From positions 165,286 through 229,285 of the forward strand of contig JACKBV010000002.1 of the NCBI GenBank assembly GCA_020634315.1: a stretch of DNA of 64,000 nucleotides, in the 5' to 3' direction. The DNA comes from Ardenticatenaceae bacterium (lineage in GTDB: Bacteria; Chloroflexota; Anaerolineae; Promineifilales; Promineifilaceae). Each line of letters starts with the position of its first letter. Within the stretch, counting starts at the first letter, position 1. The notes under the pieces were generated by a model, which saw only the letters and a program-made list of their open reading frames with translations, did not search any database and was not told where the DNA came from. Below are positions 20,980 to 31,172 of the stretch, piece by piece. The position numbers and the translations under genes are program-made.

Positions 20980-22200
20980 TTACGAAATAATTCCCAACTT
21001 CCGTCCACCTTCAATCATCGTATCAGCACAATAATCCAGGTCTTCCGTCGTGTGTGCGGCCAACACACAGGCACGCAGCCGCGACAAATTCGCGGGCACG
21101 ACCGGCGCAACCACAGCCTGCACAAAAATACCCCGGTCGCGGCAATATTTCGCCAACGCTGCGGCCGGGTCCACATCGCCACAAATCACCGGCACAATCG
21201 CCGTTTCGGAATATAACAGGTTAAAGCCCGCTTCCTTCAAACGTCCGGCAAAATGCTGGTAATTTTCCCGCTCTTTCTTGACGCGCCATGGCTCTTCCTC
21301 AATCACGTCAAAGGCTGCTTTGGCGGCGGCGGCTGACGAGGGCGGAAGAGCTGCCGAGAAAATAAAGGCGCGTGCTTCGTGCTTGAGGAATGTGATCAGT
21401 TCGTTATTCCCGGCAATGTAGCCACCGGCGCTGGGAATCGTCTTGCTTAGCGTGCCCATCTTGATGTCGATGGTATCCGGGGGCATGCCGAAATGCTCCT
21501 CAATGCCATGACCGGTCTCGCCCAACACACCAATCGAGTGCGCTTCGTCAATCATCAAATACGCATCATATTTTTTGCACAGGCGGTGCATTTCGGGCAG
21601 GTTGATGATGTCCCCATCCATGCTAAAGACGGCATCAGCCACCACCAAAACACGGCTGCTGGTGCTGGCTTTGCGTGCTTCTTGCAAACGGCGCTCCAGG
21701 TGTGCCATATCGTTATGGCGAAAACGCACATGATTAGCCATTGCCAACATGCAGCCATCGACAATGCTGGCATGATTGAGCTTATCGCTGATTACCGTGT
21801 CGCCTTTGCGCAGCAGCCCGGAAATGGTCGCCAGATTTGTCACATAGCCGCTGGAATAGGTAATGGCGGCATCGGTTTGTTTGAAACGCGCAATGCGTTC
21901 TTCTAGTTCGTTGTGCAGTGTCAGCGATCCGGCAAGCAGGCGCACACCATGCGTGCCGGTACCATATTTGTCGATGGCGGCTTTGGCTGCCTCGTTAATT
22001 TTGGGATGGCCAATCAGGCCAAGGTAAGAGTAGCTGCCAAGCATGATCATTTCGCCGTAGTTTTCGACATCAACACGGCCGTTTGGCAGAATCTCTCTTG
22101 TCGCTTCTAAATAAAAATATAGCCCCTCTTCTTTATATTCTTCAATGGGCCAGAGCATATCCGGTGTTAACGGAAGTTTGGGCATGGTTGCCTCTTGCAT
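20980..22200 (-). CDS. PLP-dependent alpha-oxoamine synthase family enzyme (2-amino-3-ketobutyrate CoA ligase / BioF / serine palmitoyltransferase-like)
   Basis: DEAHSIGVLGETGHG and GTLSKTIPSAGGYIAG (PLP lysine). AGGAGAG Shine-Dalgarno before ATG 22200. Confidence 0.8.
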   Translation of the reverse strand: MQEATMPKLPLTPDMLWPIEEYKEEGLYFYLEATREILPNGRVDVENYGEMIMLGSYSYLGLIGHPKINEAAKAAIDKYGTGTHGVRLLAGSLTLHNELEERIARFKQTDAAITYSSGYVTNLATISGLLRKGDTVISDKLNHASIVDGCMLAMANHVRFRHNDMAHLERRLQEARKASTSSRVLVVADAVFSMDGDIINLPEMHRLCKKYDAYLMIDEAHSIGVLGETGHGIEEHFGMPPDTIDIKMGTLSKTIPSAGGYIAGNNELITFLKHEARAFIFSAALPPSSAAAAKAAFDVIEEEPWRVKKERENYQHFAGRLKEAGFNLLYSETAIVPVICGDVDPAAALAKYCRDRGIFVQAVVAPVVPANLSRLRACVLAAHTTEDLDYCADTMIEGGRKLGIIS

Positions 22201-22395
22201 GATAATTGCTCTCCTATGTTACCAATCTCACCCGTACAGTGATGGATAGGATAATTCTATCTTTTGTAGTCGCTTTCCTCAAATCATTCAAACCAAATTG
22301 AAACCTCAAAACCTATCAGATTATGAATTCATGCACACATGATTGTTATCTCACCAAAACGACCCCGTGCGTGCCTTCTTTGCTACAATACGCGC

Positions 22396-25300
22396 ATGCC
22401 GAAACCGACACGCATTATGCAATGGCGCTACCGTCGCCTGAAACGAACGCGGCGCGGAGGACAGTCATTGCGCCGCTCTGGCTGTATTACCGGGCTGGTC
22501 TTGTTGGCCTTGTTCGGTGTTGTGCTGTTAATCGGTGTGGTGGGGGTAACGGCCGTTGCCGCCTATTTCACCCAAGACCTGCCCGCCATCACCGATCTCG
22601 AAAAACTGGGGCAAGATACCAGCGCCACCTTTGAAACCAGCAAAATCTATGCCTGGGGCGACCCCAAACCAGATGGCAGCCGTGATCTCGTCCTCATTTA
22701 CGAGGTCATCGATCCCCTCGGCGGCGACCGCCAATGGCTGACGCTGGAGCAAATTCCACAAAGTATCATTGACGCCACCGTTGCCATTGAAGACAAATCC
22801 TTTTGGGAGAATCCAGGGTATGATGTCGAAGGAATCGGCCGTGCCTTCTACGAATTCCTCATACTCGGTGGCGATGTTCAGGGCGGTTCCTCCATCACCC
22901 AGCAGCTCGTCAAAAACACCCTCATTGCCCCAGACCGCCGCGTTGTCGGCGACGATGTTGGCCTGGATGACTACCGCCGCAAAGCAGAAGAACTCGTCCT
23001 GGCGCGTCAGCTCACCCAAACCTACAGCAAAGAGCAAATTTTAGAGTGGTATCTAAACACCAACTTCTATGGCAACCTGGCCTATGGCATTGAAGCCGCC
23101 GCCCGCGTCTATTTCGACAAATCCGCCAGCGAACTGACCCTGGCGGAAGCTTCACTGCTGGCAGCCATCCCACAATCACCCGCCCTCAACCCCATCGACA
23201 ACCCCGACGACGCTAAAGAACGACAGGCACTTGTGTTAGAAGCGATGGTCAATGCCGGCAACATCACCCTGGAACAATCGGCAGCGGCTCAGTTTGCGCC
23301 GGTACAGGTAGCGCCGGGCATCGAAGAACGCTTTGACATCATCGCGCCCCATTTCGCGCTGTATGTGCGCCAGCAGCTAGAGCAAATGTTTGGGCCAGAA
23401 CTGGTGCTGCGCGGCGGGCTGCGTGTCTATACCAGCCTTGATTTACAAATGCAGCGGCAGGCGGAATGTGTGGCGCGTGCCCAGGTCGCCCAGCTTTCCG
23501 GGCAAGTCGGCGAACTGTTACCGGCCGATGAACGCGCCGCCTGCCCTGCCTTGAATTTTTTGCCGTCACTGAACAGCGCCGATGTCGGCGTTGATCGCAA
23601 TGTCAACAATGCGGCAGTCATTGCCCTCGACCCCACTACTGGCGAAATTCGGGCGATGGTCGGCAGTCTCAACTATTGGGATCAAACTATTGACGGCTCT
23701 TTCAATGTGGCCGTAGACGGGCTGCGCCAACCAGGATCATCATTCAAGCCGTTTACTTATCTCACCGCCTTGAGCCAGGGATATACGGCCGCTACCATGC
23801 TCCTCGACGTAGAAACCGACTTCGGCACGCCGTACAACGGCAGCGCCTACGTGCCACAAAATTACGACCGCCTATTTCATGGCCCCATGCGCCTGCGCCA
23901 GGCACTGGGCAACAGCTACAACGTGCCTGCCGTGCAGGCGATGAGCTGGGTCGGCGTCGATAAAGTCATTCGCACGGCACACAGCCTGGGCATTACCAGT
24001 TTGGACGCTGGCCCCAATGCGTATGGCCTCTCGCTGACATTGGGCGGTGGCGAAGTGAAACTGCTGGATATGGTCTATGCCTTCAGCGTCATGGACAACA
24101 TGGGCGTGATGATCGGTCAGCCGCGTGCAGAAACAGAGCAGCGGCTTGGCTTCCGCACACTCGATCCGGTGGCGATTTTGCGCGTGGAGGACAGCGAGGG
24201 CAACGTGCTCTATGAGTACAATCAGCCGCAGCGCCGCGAAATCTTAACGCCACAGTTGGCCTTTTTGATGAATGACATGCTCAGTGATCGCAGCGCACGC
24301 TGTGCCGCTTTTGGCTGCCCCAATGTGCTGGAACTACCAGATAATCGCCCGGCAGCGGTGAAAACAGGCACGACAAATGATTACCGCGATGCCTGGACAA
24401 TTGGCTATACGCCGCAGTTGGCTGTGGGCGTTTGGGTGGGCAACACCGATAACAGCCCCATGGATACGGTGCCGGGAAGCAAGGGGGCGGCACCTATCTG
24501 GCACGCACTGATGAGTTGGGGGCTGCAAGATGAACCGGTGCAGTTGTGGTCAGAGCCATCGGGCGTGGTGGAAAGATCGGTCTGCGACATCTCTGGTTTG
24601 CTGCCCACCAGTTTTTGCCCGACGGTCTCCGAATGGTTTATTGTGGGCACGGAACCGGCGGTGTTTGACAATATTTATCAGGAATTTGCCATTAACCGCG
24701 AAAACGGCCGTTTAGCCACCATCTACACACCGCCCGACCTGATTGAGCGCAAAATCTACAAAGTGTACCCGGAAGCGGCTGCGGATTGGGTGCGCGAAAA
24801 CGAGATTGAGCAGCCGCCAACGGAGTACGACACGATTAATGTGCCGCCAGAAGGGGGCGATGTCGCCATTTTGTCGCCGCGCCCCTTTGCCTATGTGCAA
24901 GGGCAGGTGGCGATTAGCGGCACGGTGAACATTGACAATTTTGCTTATTATCGGCTGGCTTACTTTGAAGGGCTGACGCCAACGGACCTACGCACCATCG
25001 CCGATACAGTGACGGAGCCGGTAGCAAATGGGGTGCTGGGCATTTGGGATGTGGAGAATTTGAATGGTTTGTACACGCTGCTGTTAACGGCCGTTCGCCA
25101 GGACGGCAGCTTCGAGGAAGTCAGTTTGCCCCTCACGGTAGACAACACCCCTCCCGCAGCGGAAATCCTTTTCCCGCTGCCCAACCAGGAAATTTTCACC
25201 GATGAAGAGTGGGTGATCATCCAGGCGCAGGCCAGCGATGACCTGTCGTTGGCCCGTGTCGAGTTTTTTGTGGACAACGCTGGCGTGCCCTTTGCCATCA

Positions 25301-25437
25301 GCACCGTGCCGCCGTTCACCGAGAAGTGGACGATTCGCGGCGCTGGCTGCCACAATTTCCGCGTGGTGGCGGTGGATGCGGCGGGAAATGAGACGGAGGG
25401 AACGGCCGTTCCCGTGTGCCTGGTCGAACGCAACTAA
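22396..25437 (+). CDS. pbpC: PBP1C-like bifunctional penicillin-binding protein (GT51 transglycosylase + transpeptidase + C-terminal Ig-like domains)
   Basis: GT51 motifs EDKSFWENPGYD, GGSSITQQLVKN and RKAEELVLARQLTQTYSKEQILEWYLN. Transpeptidase SSFKP (SxxK), SYN and KTGTTND. N-terminal TM. Start uncertain (ORF open from 22339). Confidence 0.8.
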   Translation: MPKPTRIMQWRYRRLKRTRRGGQSLRRSGCITGLVLLALFGVVLLIGVVGVTAVAAYFTQDLPAITDLEKLGQDTSATFETSKIYAWGDPKPDGSRDLVLIYEVIDPLGGDRQWLTLEQIPQSIIDATVAIEDKSFWENPGYDVEGIGRAFYEFLILGGDVQGGSSITQQLVKNTLIAPDRRVVGDDVGLDDYRRKAEELVLARQLTQTYSKEQILEWYLNTNFYGNLAYGIEAAARVYFDKSASELTLAEASLLAAIPQSPALNPIDNPDDAKERQALVLEAMVNAGNITLEQSAAAQFAPVQVAPGIEERFDIIAPHFALYVRQQLEQMFGPELVLRGGLRVYTSLDLQMQRQAECVARAQVAQLSGQVGELLPADERAACPALNFLPSLNSADVGVDRNVNNAAVIALDPTTGEIRAMVGSLNYWDQTIDGSFNVAVDGLRQPGSSFKPFTYLTALSQGYTAATMLLDVETDFGTPYNGSAYVPQNYDRLFHGPMRLRQALGNSYNVPAVQAMSWVGVDKVIRTAHSLGITSLDAGPNAYGLSLTLGGGEVKLLDMVYAFSVMDNMGVMIGQPRAETEQRLGFRTLDPVAILRVEDSEGNVLYEYNQPQRREILTPQLAFLMNDMLSDRSARCAAFGCPNVLELPDNRPAAVKTGTTNDYRDAWTIGYTPQLAVGVWVGNTDNSPMDTVPGSKGAAPIWHALMSWGLQDEPVQLWSEPSGVVERSVCDISGLLPTSFCPTVSEWFIVGTEPAVFDNIYQEFAINRENGRLATIYTPPDLIERKIYKVYPEAAADWVRENEIEQPPTEYDTINVPPEGGDVAILSPRPFAYVQGQVAISGTVNIDNFAYYRLAYFEGLTPTDLRTIADTVTEPVANGVLGIWDVENLNGLYTLLLTAVRQDGSFEEVSLPLTVDNTPPAAEILFPLPNQEIFTDEEWVIIQAQASDDLSLARVEFFVDNAGVPFAISTVPPFTEKWTIRGAGCHNFRVVAVDAAGNETEGTAVPVCLVERN

Positions 25438-25465
25438 ACCTGGCAACAACATCAATCTTTGCAGC

Positions 25466-25494
25466 AAAAGGCGAGGCTGACCTCGCCTTTTTTC
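25466..25494 (+). terminator. Rho-independent terminator
   Basis: AAAGGCGAGG-CTGAC-CTCGCCTTTTTT. Confidence 0.65.
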
Positions 25495-25610
25495 ATTCCT
25501 GGCCGCTTGTCATTTCCCCCTTCACGTTCCCTTCACGCTGAATTTACGGGGTGCATACGGACGGGAGCCGGTCGCTGGCGTATGCTACAGATGGATGAGG
25601 AACAACTCAT

Positions 25611-26705
25611 ATGGGGCAAAAAACGGTAGACAATGCCATACAGTTTTACCAGCAAGTGCTGCGCCATGCTGCATGGGGTACGCTCATGGTTGATGCCGTT
25701 GGTCGCATTGCCTTTGCCGATGCGATGGCCGCCCGCATGCTGAAATTGAGCGAAATGGAGTTGATCGGGCAGCCCATCCACCGTTTTTTACCAGATGTAT
25801 CGTTTGTGCCTGTACAAATGTCGTCATACTGTGAAGCATTGTTGCAGGCTGATAACGGCCGTTCCTGTCCCGTTTTGTTATCTATTAAACCTATGGCAGC
25901 CGCACCCGCCGGATATAAATTGGTGTCTATGATGAATCTGACGGATATGACTCAAATAAACGATGCGTTGTTTCATACCCAGCGTCTGGCCGGTGTTGGC
26001 ACATTGACCGCCAGTGTCGCTCATGAATTGACCAATCCCTTGAGCATTATCACTGCAACTTGCAGCAACTTAATACACGAAGTGAACAACGAGAATGTGG
26101 ATGCGGAAACGCTGCTCCATTACATTCGCATGATTGAACACAGCGCCTGGCGCAGCGCCCGTATTGTCGAGGTCTTGCGACATTATACGCACGACAATGG
26201 CTTGAATACGGCCGTTACCAATCTCAACATGATCATCGAGGATGCACTGACCCTCATCCGCCCCCAATTCCTAAAAGAGCACAAAGTCAAAATCGAGACC
26301 GACCTCGATCCCAATCTCAAGTCTATTGTTTGCGATCACAATCGGCTGACCCAGGTGCTCATCAATTTGCTGGCAAATGCGCGTGATGCCATGCAGCCGC
26401 AGGGCGGCGTTATTCACATTCGCTCGTGGGCCATTCAGGTAGACCCGCTCTACACAAACGGCAAAGGGCAGGTTGAAGGGGACAAATTTGCCTTTTCCGT
26501 GCGCGATAACGGCCCAGGCATCCCCCCTTCCATCATGTCACAGATTTTTGAGCCATTTTTTACCACCAAGCCCAGTGGCACAGGCACCGGATTAGGGTTG
26601 TTTATTGCCAAGGGGATTGTTGAGGAGCATAACGGCCGTATCTGGGCCGAAAACAATCATGACGGCGGCGCGACCTTCACCGCCATCTTGCCACAAAAAC
26701 AGTGA
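25611..26705 (+). CDS. Cytoplasmic PAS-domain sensor histidine kinase
   Basis: PAS-like N-terminus. H-box ASVAHELTNPLSII. N-box INLLANARDAM. G-boxes DNGPGIP and GTGLGLFIAKGIV. Confidence 0.8.
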   Translation: MGQKTVDNAIQFYQQVLRHAAWGTLMVDAVGRIAFADAMAARMLKLSEMELIGQPIHRFLPDVSFVPVQMSSYCEALLQADNGRSCPVLLSIKPMAAAPAGYKLVSMMNLTDMTQINDALFHTQRLAGVGTLTASVAHELTNPLSIITATCSNLIHEVNNENVDAETLLHYIRMIEHSAWRSARIVEVLRHYTHDNGLNTAVTNLNMIIEDALTLIRPQFLKEHKVKIETDLDPNLKSIVCDHNRLTQVLINLLANARDAMQPQGGVIHIRSWAIQVDPLYTNGKGQVEGDKFAFSVRDNGPGIPPSIMSQIFEPFFTTKPSGTGTGLGLFIAKGIVEEHNGRIWAENNHDGGATFTAILPQKQ

Positions 26706-26771
26706 TCGGCCACCGGCCACCGGCCACCGCCTACCGATCACCGCCTACCGATCACCGATCACCGACCACAC
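26706..26771. repeat. Heptanucleotide tandem repeat array (GGCCACC x3, then GCCTACC/GATCACC units; about 9 units) filling the whole spacer between two convergent stop codons
   Basis: Directly read. On the minus strand it is (CGGTGRN)n, starting right after the pdxT stop. Confidence 0.7.
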
Positions 26772-27374
26772 CTACCGGTCACTTCCCGCAACCAACTGCA
26801 AAAAATATTGATGAAAACGCGCGTCATGCGTCAATTCCGGGTGGAAGGAGGTGACGAGCCATTTGCCTTGCTGCGCGGCAACGGCCGTACCGTCATCCAG
26901 CGTCGCAATCACCCTGGCCTTACCCTTCGCCGCCACCAAACGCGGCGCACGAATAAACACCGCCGGAAACGGGCTGCCATTGCCATTGTGAAAAACAGCC
27001 ACATTTAACCCCGTCTCAAAGCTGTCCACCTGCCGCCCAAAAGCATTGCGCTCCACTTCAATGTCCATGATGCCCAACAGCGGTTGGTCACGGCCGGCCG
27101 AGCCATTGCCAATCTCCTTAGCCATAAAAATCATCCCGGCACACGTACCCCACATCGCCTTTTCGGCCGCAAACTGGCGCAGCGGTTCCATCAGATCATA
27201 CATCACAGCCAGTTTGCCAATGGTCGTGCTTTCCCCACCAGGGATAATCAGGCCATCCAGGTCTTGCAAATCCTGCAGCAAACGCACCTCTACCGCTTCC
27301 ACGCCTAAGCCGCGCAGCATCTTGATATGCTCGATAAATGCCCCTTGCAGGGCTAAAACCCCTATTTTCATCAT
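26772..27374 (-). CDS. pdxT: Pyridoxal 5'-phosphate synthase glutaminase subunit
   Basis: MKIGVLALQGAFIEHIKML, catalytic GTCAGMIFMAK, HPELT. Confidence 0.85.
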   Translation of the reverse strand: MMKIGVLALQGAFIEHIKMLRGLGVEAVEVRLLQDLQDLDGLIIPGGESTTIGKLAVMYDLMEPLRQFAAEKAMWGTCAGMIFMAKEIGNGSAGRDQPLLGIMDIEVERNAFGRQVDSFETGLNVAVFHNGNGSPFPAVFIRAPRLVAAKGKARVIATLDDGTAVAAQQGKWLVTSFHPELTHDARFHQYFLQLVAGSDR

Positions 27375-27379
27375 CTACC

Positions 27380-27823
27380 CTACAGCTTTTTGATAAAACA
27401 AATTTGTCGCTCGACTTCTTCGTACCCTAGCGCCAGATGGCCCGCCAGACTGACAACGTTGTCAAGTTGCGTATCTGAGGCGATTTCGTGATAGCCGTGC
27501 TGTCTGGCCCATGCTTCGGCAGCGGCGACCAGCGCCCGACCAACGCCCTGACGGCGATAGTCGGCATCGACATGCCACCCTTCCAGATAGGCTACGGGCG
27601 AGGTTGTGCAGCCTTCGGCGTATTTGCGGATGCCGACTTCGATAAAACCAGCCAATCCGCCAAACGGCCGTTCCGCCACAAACACCCCATTCTCCGCCGG
27701 AGCCGCCAGGATTGCTGCCATCTCTTCCTGCTGCCCAGCGACATCCTCATCACCAAACAGCGCCAGCCGCATCCGCAGCCATTCAGCCGCATCCCGCTCA
27801 GAGTCCAACAAACGCACAACCAT
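27380..27823 (-). CDS. GNAT-family N-acetyltransferase (AAC(6')-like)
   Basis: Acetyl-CoA binding RRQGVGRALVAAAEAWARQHG. Lies between pdxS and pdxT with 5-bp and about 60-bp gaps. Start at MVVRLL; the longer ORF begins at 27862. Confidence 0.7.
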   Translation of the reverse strand: MVVRLLDSERDAAEWLRMRLALFGDEDVAGQQEEMAAILAAPAENGVFVAERPFGGLAGFIEVGIRKYAEGCTTSPVAYLEGWHVDADYRRQGVGRALVAAAEAWARQHGYHEIASDTQLDNVVSLAGHLALGYEEVERQICFIKKL

Positions 27824-27883
27824 CTTACACACGCATAAGAGTGAAGAGCAGCCGCTCTCCACTCTCCCATTTGCGCCGCGACT

Positions 27884-28801
27884 TTACCAGCCGCGTACCG
27901 CCAATTGTTCTTTCTCGTCCAGGCTGCTGACGTTAATGCCAACCATTGGCTCGCCCAAATTCTCGCTGACCTTCGCCAAAATCTCTGGGTTGTTGTAATG
28001 CGTTGTCGCTTGCACAATCGCCTTTGCCCGTTGCGCCGGATCGCCGCTCTTGAAAATACCGGAGCCGACAAAGACGCCATCCACGCCGATTTGCATCATC
28101 AAAGCGGCATCGGCTGGGGTAGCAATGCCACCAGCCGCAAAATTAACGACCGGCAGGCGTCCCAATTCCTTCGTCTCGCGCACCAGGGCATAGGGCGCAC
28201 CGATATTTTTGGCATAGGCCATCAACTCTTCATCGGGCATCAATTGCAGGTGGCGAATCTCGCCCAATACGGCACGCGCATGGCGCACTGCTTCCACCAC
28301 GTCGCCGGTGCCCGCTTCGCCCTTTGTGCGAATCATGGCTGCGCCTTCGCCAATGCGCCGCAGCGCCTCGCCCAAATTGCGGCAGCCACAGACAAATGGA
28401 ACCTTAAATGGATGTTTGTAAATGTGATGTTCTTCGTCGGCTGGGGTGAGCACTTCGCTCTCGTCGATGTAATCGACGCCAATCGCTTCCAAAATTTGCG
28501 CTTCAACAAAATGACCAATACGCGCCTTGGCCATGACCGGGATGCTAACCGATTGAATGATTTCCTTGATCATGCCGGGGTCTGACATGCGTGCCACGCC
28601 ACCTTGCACGCGAATGTCCGCAGGGACGCGTTCGAGGGCCATGACCGCAACGGCGCCTGCTTCTTCTGCAATTTGCGCCTGCTCTGGCGTCACGACGTCC
28701 ATGATCACGCCGCCTTTCAGCATTTGCGCCAAGCCTACTTTTACCTTGAAGCTGCCAACTTCACCATGTCCATTGGATTCGGCCGTTCCATTCTTGCTCA
28801 T
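27884..28801 (-). CDS. pdxS: Pyridoxal 5'-phosphate synthase lyase subunit
   Basis: [40 protein letters not shown]. Near full-length identity pattern to PdxS/SNZ. Confidence 0.9.
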   Translation of the reverse strand: MSKNGTAESNGHGEVGSFKVKVGLAQMLKGGVIMDVVTPEQAQIAEEAGAVAVMALERVPADIRVQGGVARMSDPGMIKEIIQSVSIPVMAKARIGHFVEAQILEAIGVDYIDESEVLTPADEEHHIYKHPFKVPFVCGCRNLGEALRRIGEGAAMIRTKGEAGTGDVVEAVRHARAVLGEIRHLQLMPDEELMAYAKNIGAPYALVRETKELGRLPVVNFAAGGIATPADAALMMQIGVDGVFVGSGIFKSGDPAQRAKAIVQATTHYNNPEILAKVSENLGEPMVGINVSSLDEKEQLAVRGW

Positions 28802-29339
28802 TTCGTCACACTCCTTGTACGGTAGTTATTAATCGTTATAAAGCGATTGTAGAGGCTGGGAAAAGGCAAAGCAAGCAAATTGGCTCTATCAACTCAGATG
28901 AAATTGCTTTCTATGCATACCATTTTTGCGTTGGTGGGAAACAGGAAAATGCGCAGATAGGCCATGAGTCCCCTACTAGCTGCCCCTATCCACTGTTACA
29001 ATACAGATGGAACTATCTACAAATTACTTTGCTCTTGAACTTCTTCCCCCAGCACCTTACCTTAACGAAAAAAGCCGTTATCACATTATGATGCAAGCGC
29101 CACTTCCAGGCGAAAGCGGATGTTTTTGCACAACAGGACATCCTATAACGTGGTAAATGGTTTATGGGGGATGCAGCAATTAACGACAGATTATGCTCAT
29201 GAACTGGCCTATCTTCATTGCACTTATCTTGATATATATCTGGTCACTGCTGCCTTTTAATCAGCCTGATCAAAACAAGACCATGTAGGGGGCGGGAAGC
29301 CTTTTTGCATGTTGTTTGGCGGTTACGGCCGTTTCCCTG

Positions 29340-30107
29340 CTACCACTTCTCCAGCACGAGTAAATGAGATAACCCCAACACCGCAAACGGCGTTTGCTCC
29401 GCCGCATACAGCACATTTTTGATCAACTTCCCCAAACCCGGCAACCGATTTTCAATATTGTCATAGCCGCCAAAAATGACACCATGATGCACCTTGCGCA
29501 CCGGCAGTCCGGCAAATAAGCGCAGCAATCCGCGCTTTGTGTATGCGCGTACATGTGGCGCAAGCCGATTACGCAGCGGATTGGGCAAATAATTGACCAA
29601 CGGCTTGTTGCCAAAATAATACTCGCCACGCCAGTAAATGCCGTGCTGCTCCACCGGATACCACCGATTGGGGCAAAAAATGAGAATACGCCCTCCTGGC
29701 CTGGTCACACGCACCATTTCGGCCGCATACAGGCCATCATCCGTGACATGCTCGATCACCTCATTGCTAAACACAAAATCAAACGTATTGGCAGCAAAGG
29801 GTAACGTTTCGCCCACGCCTAAAGCGACGCCTGCCCCCGTTTGCCGCGCCACCACAGCACGATCTTGCTCCACATCCAGACCAAAACAGTGAGGCGTATA
29901 GGTGTGAAAGGCATCCAGCCATGTTCCCAGACCACACCCATTGTCGAAAACAGTGGCATTCTCTAGCGGCACCCATTGGCGCACCATCTTTAACCGCCGC
30001 TCTTGCCCAGAGCGCCACACATAACCTGGTTCGCCGCGCAGAGCGGCCTTATCTGAATAGCTCAATTTTTTACTGCTCCCGATTTGCGCGACAAACAGCC
30101 AGTCCAA
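29340..30107 (-). CDS. Class I SAM-dependent methyltransferase (methyltransferase type 11-like)
   Basis: Motif I VFDNGCGLGTW; post-I acidic FGLDV; motif II/III LIFCPNRW. Confidence 0.7.
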   Translation of the reverse strand: MDWLFVAQIGSSKKLSYSDKAALRGEPGYVWRSGQERRLKMVRQWVPLENATVFDNGCGLGTWLDAFHTYTPHCFGLDVEQDRAVVARQTGAGVALGVGETLPFAANTFDFVFSNEVIEHVTDDGLYAAEMVRVTRPGGRILIFCPNRWYPVEQHGIYWRGEYYFGNKPLVNYLPNPLRNRLAPHVRAYTKRGLLRLFAGLPVRKVHHGVIFGGYDNIENRLPGLGKLIKNVLYAAEQTPFAVLGLSHLLVLEKW

Positions 30108-30348
30108 TCTTGCAACAAAACATCAGCATGTGCGCCGCTTAACAGGGCTAAGGTGCAAAACAACGTGGCAATGCAGGCCAATGGGCTGCTGCCAATCACT
30201 GCCCAGCGCCAGGGAAATTTATTAACTACCTGTCGGTTTGGCCCTGGTTGGTACAAAACCAACCCTCCCAAAATCAATTGGTTCCAGCGGCCTGGGGGAA
30301 AACCTGCTGTGTGTCTTTCCATGCTGATCATGATGCCTGTCACCGCTG

Positions 30349-30978
30349 CTACTGTGTGCCCATTAGCTCGTCATATTTTTGGCGCACTTCTTGAATGTCT
30401 TTCCAGGTCAGCGCCTTCGGGCTGCCGGGGGTGCGCACCGGGTTGCGCAGCAGGTAGGAGGGGTGAAAGATGGGCATGACGAAACGGCCGTTCCACTCAT
30501 GCCACTCCCCACGCAGCTTCGTAATACCCGTCAACCCCAACAACGACTGTGTCGCCACATTGCCCGTCAGCAAAATAATGGATGGGTCTACCAGGCGGAT
30601 AATCTCCAACAAATAGGGCTTGTAAAATTCAATTTCCTCATTTGTCGGTTTGCGAAACGATTTGCCCCCTTCCCCCGGCGGCAGGCGAAAGACCGAATTG
30701 CTAATAAACACATCTTGTTCCACATCAAAATTCACTGCCTGCAAAATTTGGTCTAGCAGCTGCCCCGCTCGTCCCACAAATGGCTTACCAACCTTGTTTT
30801 CCTCCGGCCCCGGCGCTTCCCCGACAATCATCAGCTTTGCCTTTGGGTTGCCCCGGCAAATGACAACGTTTGTGCCCGCATCGGCCAGCGGGTCGTCGGT
30901 CATGTTCATCATCACAGCAAACAATTCATCTAACGAAGTGTAATAATTTGGCCTGTCTTCAAATAATCCAAATTGCAT
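30349..30978 (-). CDS. Family 4 uracil-DNA glycosylase
   Basis: GEAPGPEENKVGKPFVGRAGQLLD (GEAPG...FVG.AG motif) and HPSYLLRNP. GAGGAG Shine-Dalgarno 7 nt before ATG 30978. Confidence 0.8.
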   Translation of the reverse strand: MQFGLFEDRPNYYTSLDELFAVMMNMTDDPLADAGTNVVICRGNPKAKLMIVGEAPGPEENKVGKPFVGRAGQLLDQILQAVNFDVEQDVFISNSVFRLPPGEGGKSFRKPTNEEIEFYKPYLLEIIRLVDPSIILLTGNVATQSLLGLTGITKLRGEWHEWNGRFVMPIFHPSYLLRNPVRTPGSPKALTWKDIQEVRQKYDELMGTQ

Positions 30979-31172
30979 GATGGTCACTCCTCTAAAAAAC
31001 GTAACGCGACCAGAGAATCGCGCCACAGACATCATTCACACAGTCACGAAAATTTTACCGTAAAATGGATGGGGATAAAAACGGCCGTTTCCCCCAAACC
31101 TATGCTACAATTTTTCCCATGACGCACACCACCCCGCGCCGCACAGCATAAAACTTCCCAAGGAGCAACCCC

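Noticed and set aside
26706-26771. Possible CRISPR array (short regular repeats)
   Set aside because: The units are 7 bp with no spacers and no cas genes. This is a microsatellite-like heptamer array, not CRISPR.
28802-29339. 540-bp AT-richer gap upstream of pdxS, checked for a tRNA, small RNA or small protein
   Set aside because: No tRNA-like T-arm/anticodon architecture. No ORF with a Shine-Dalgarno or conserved-looking peptide. Left as promoter/leader region.
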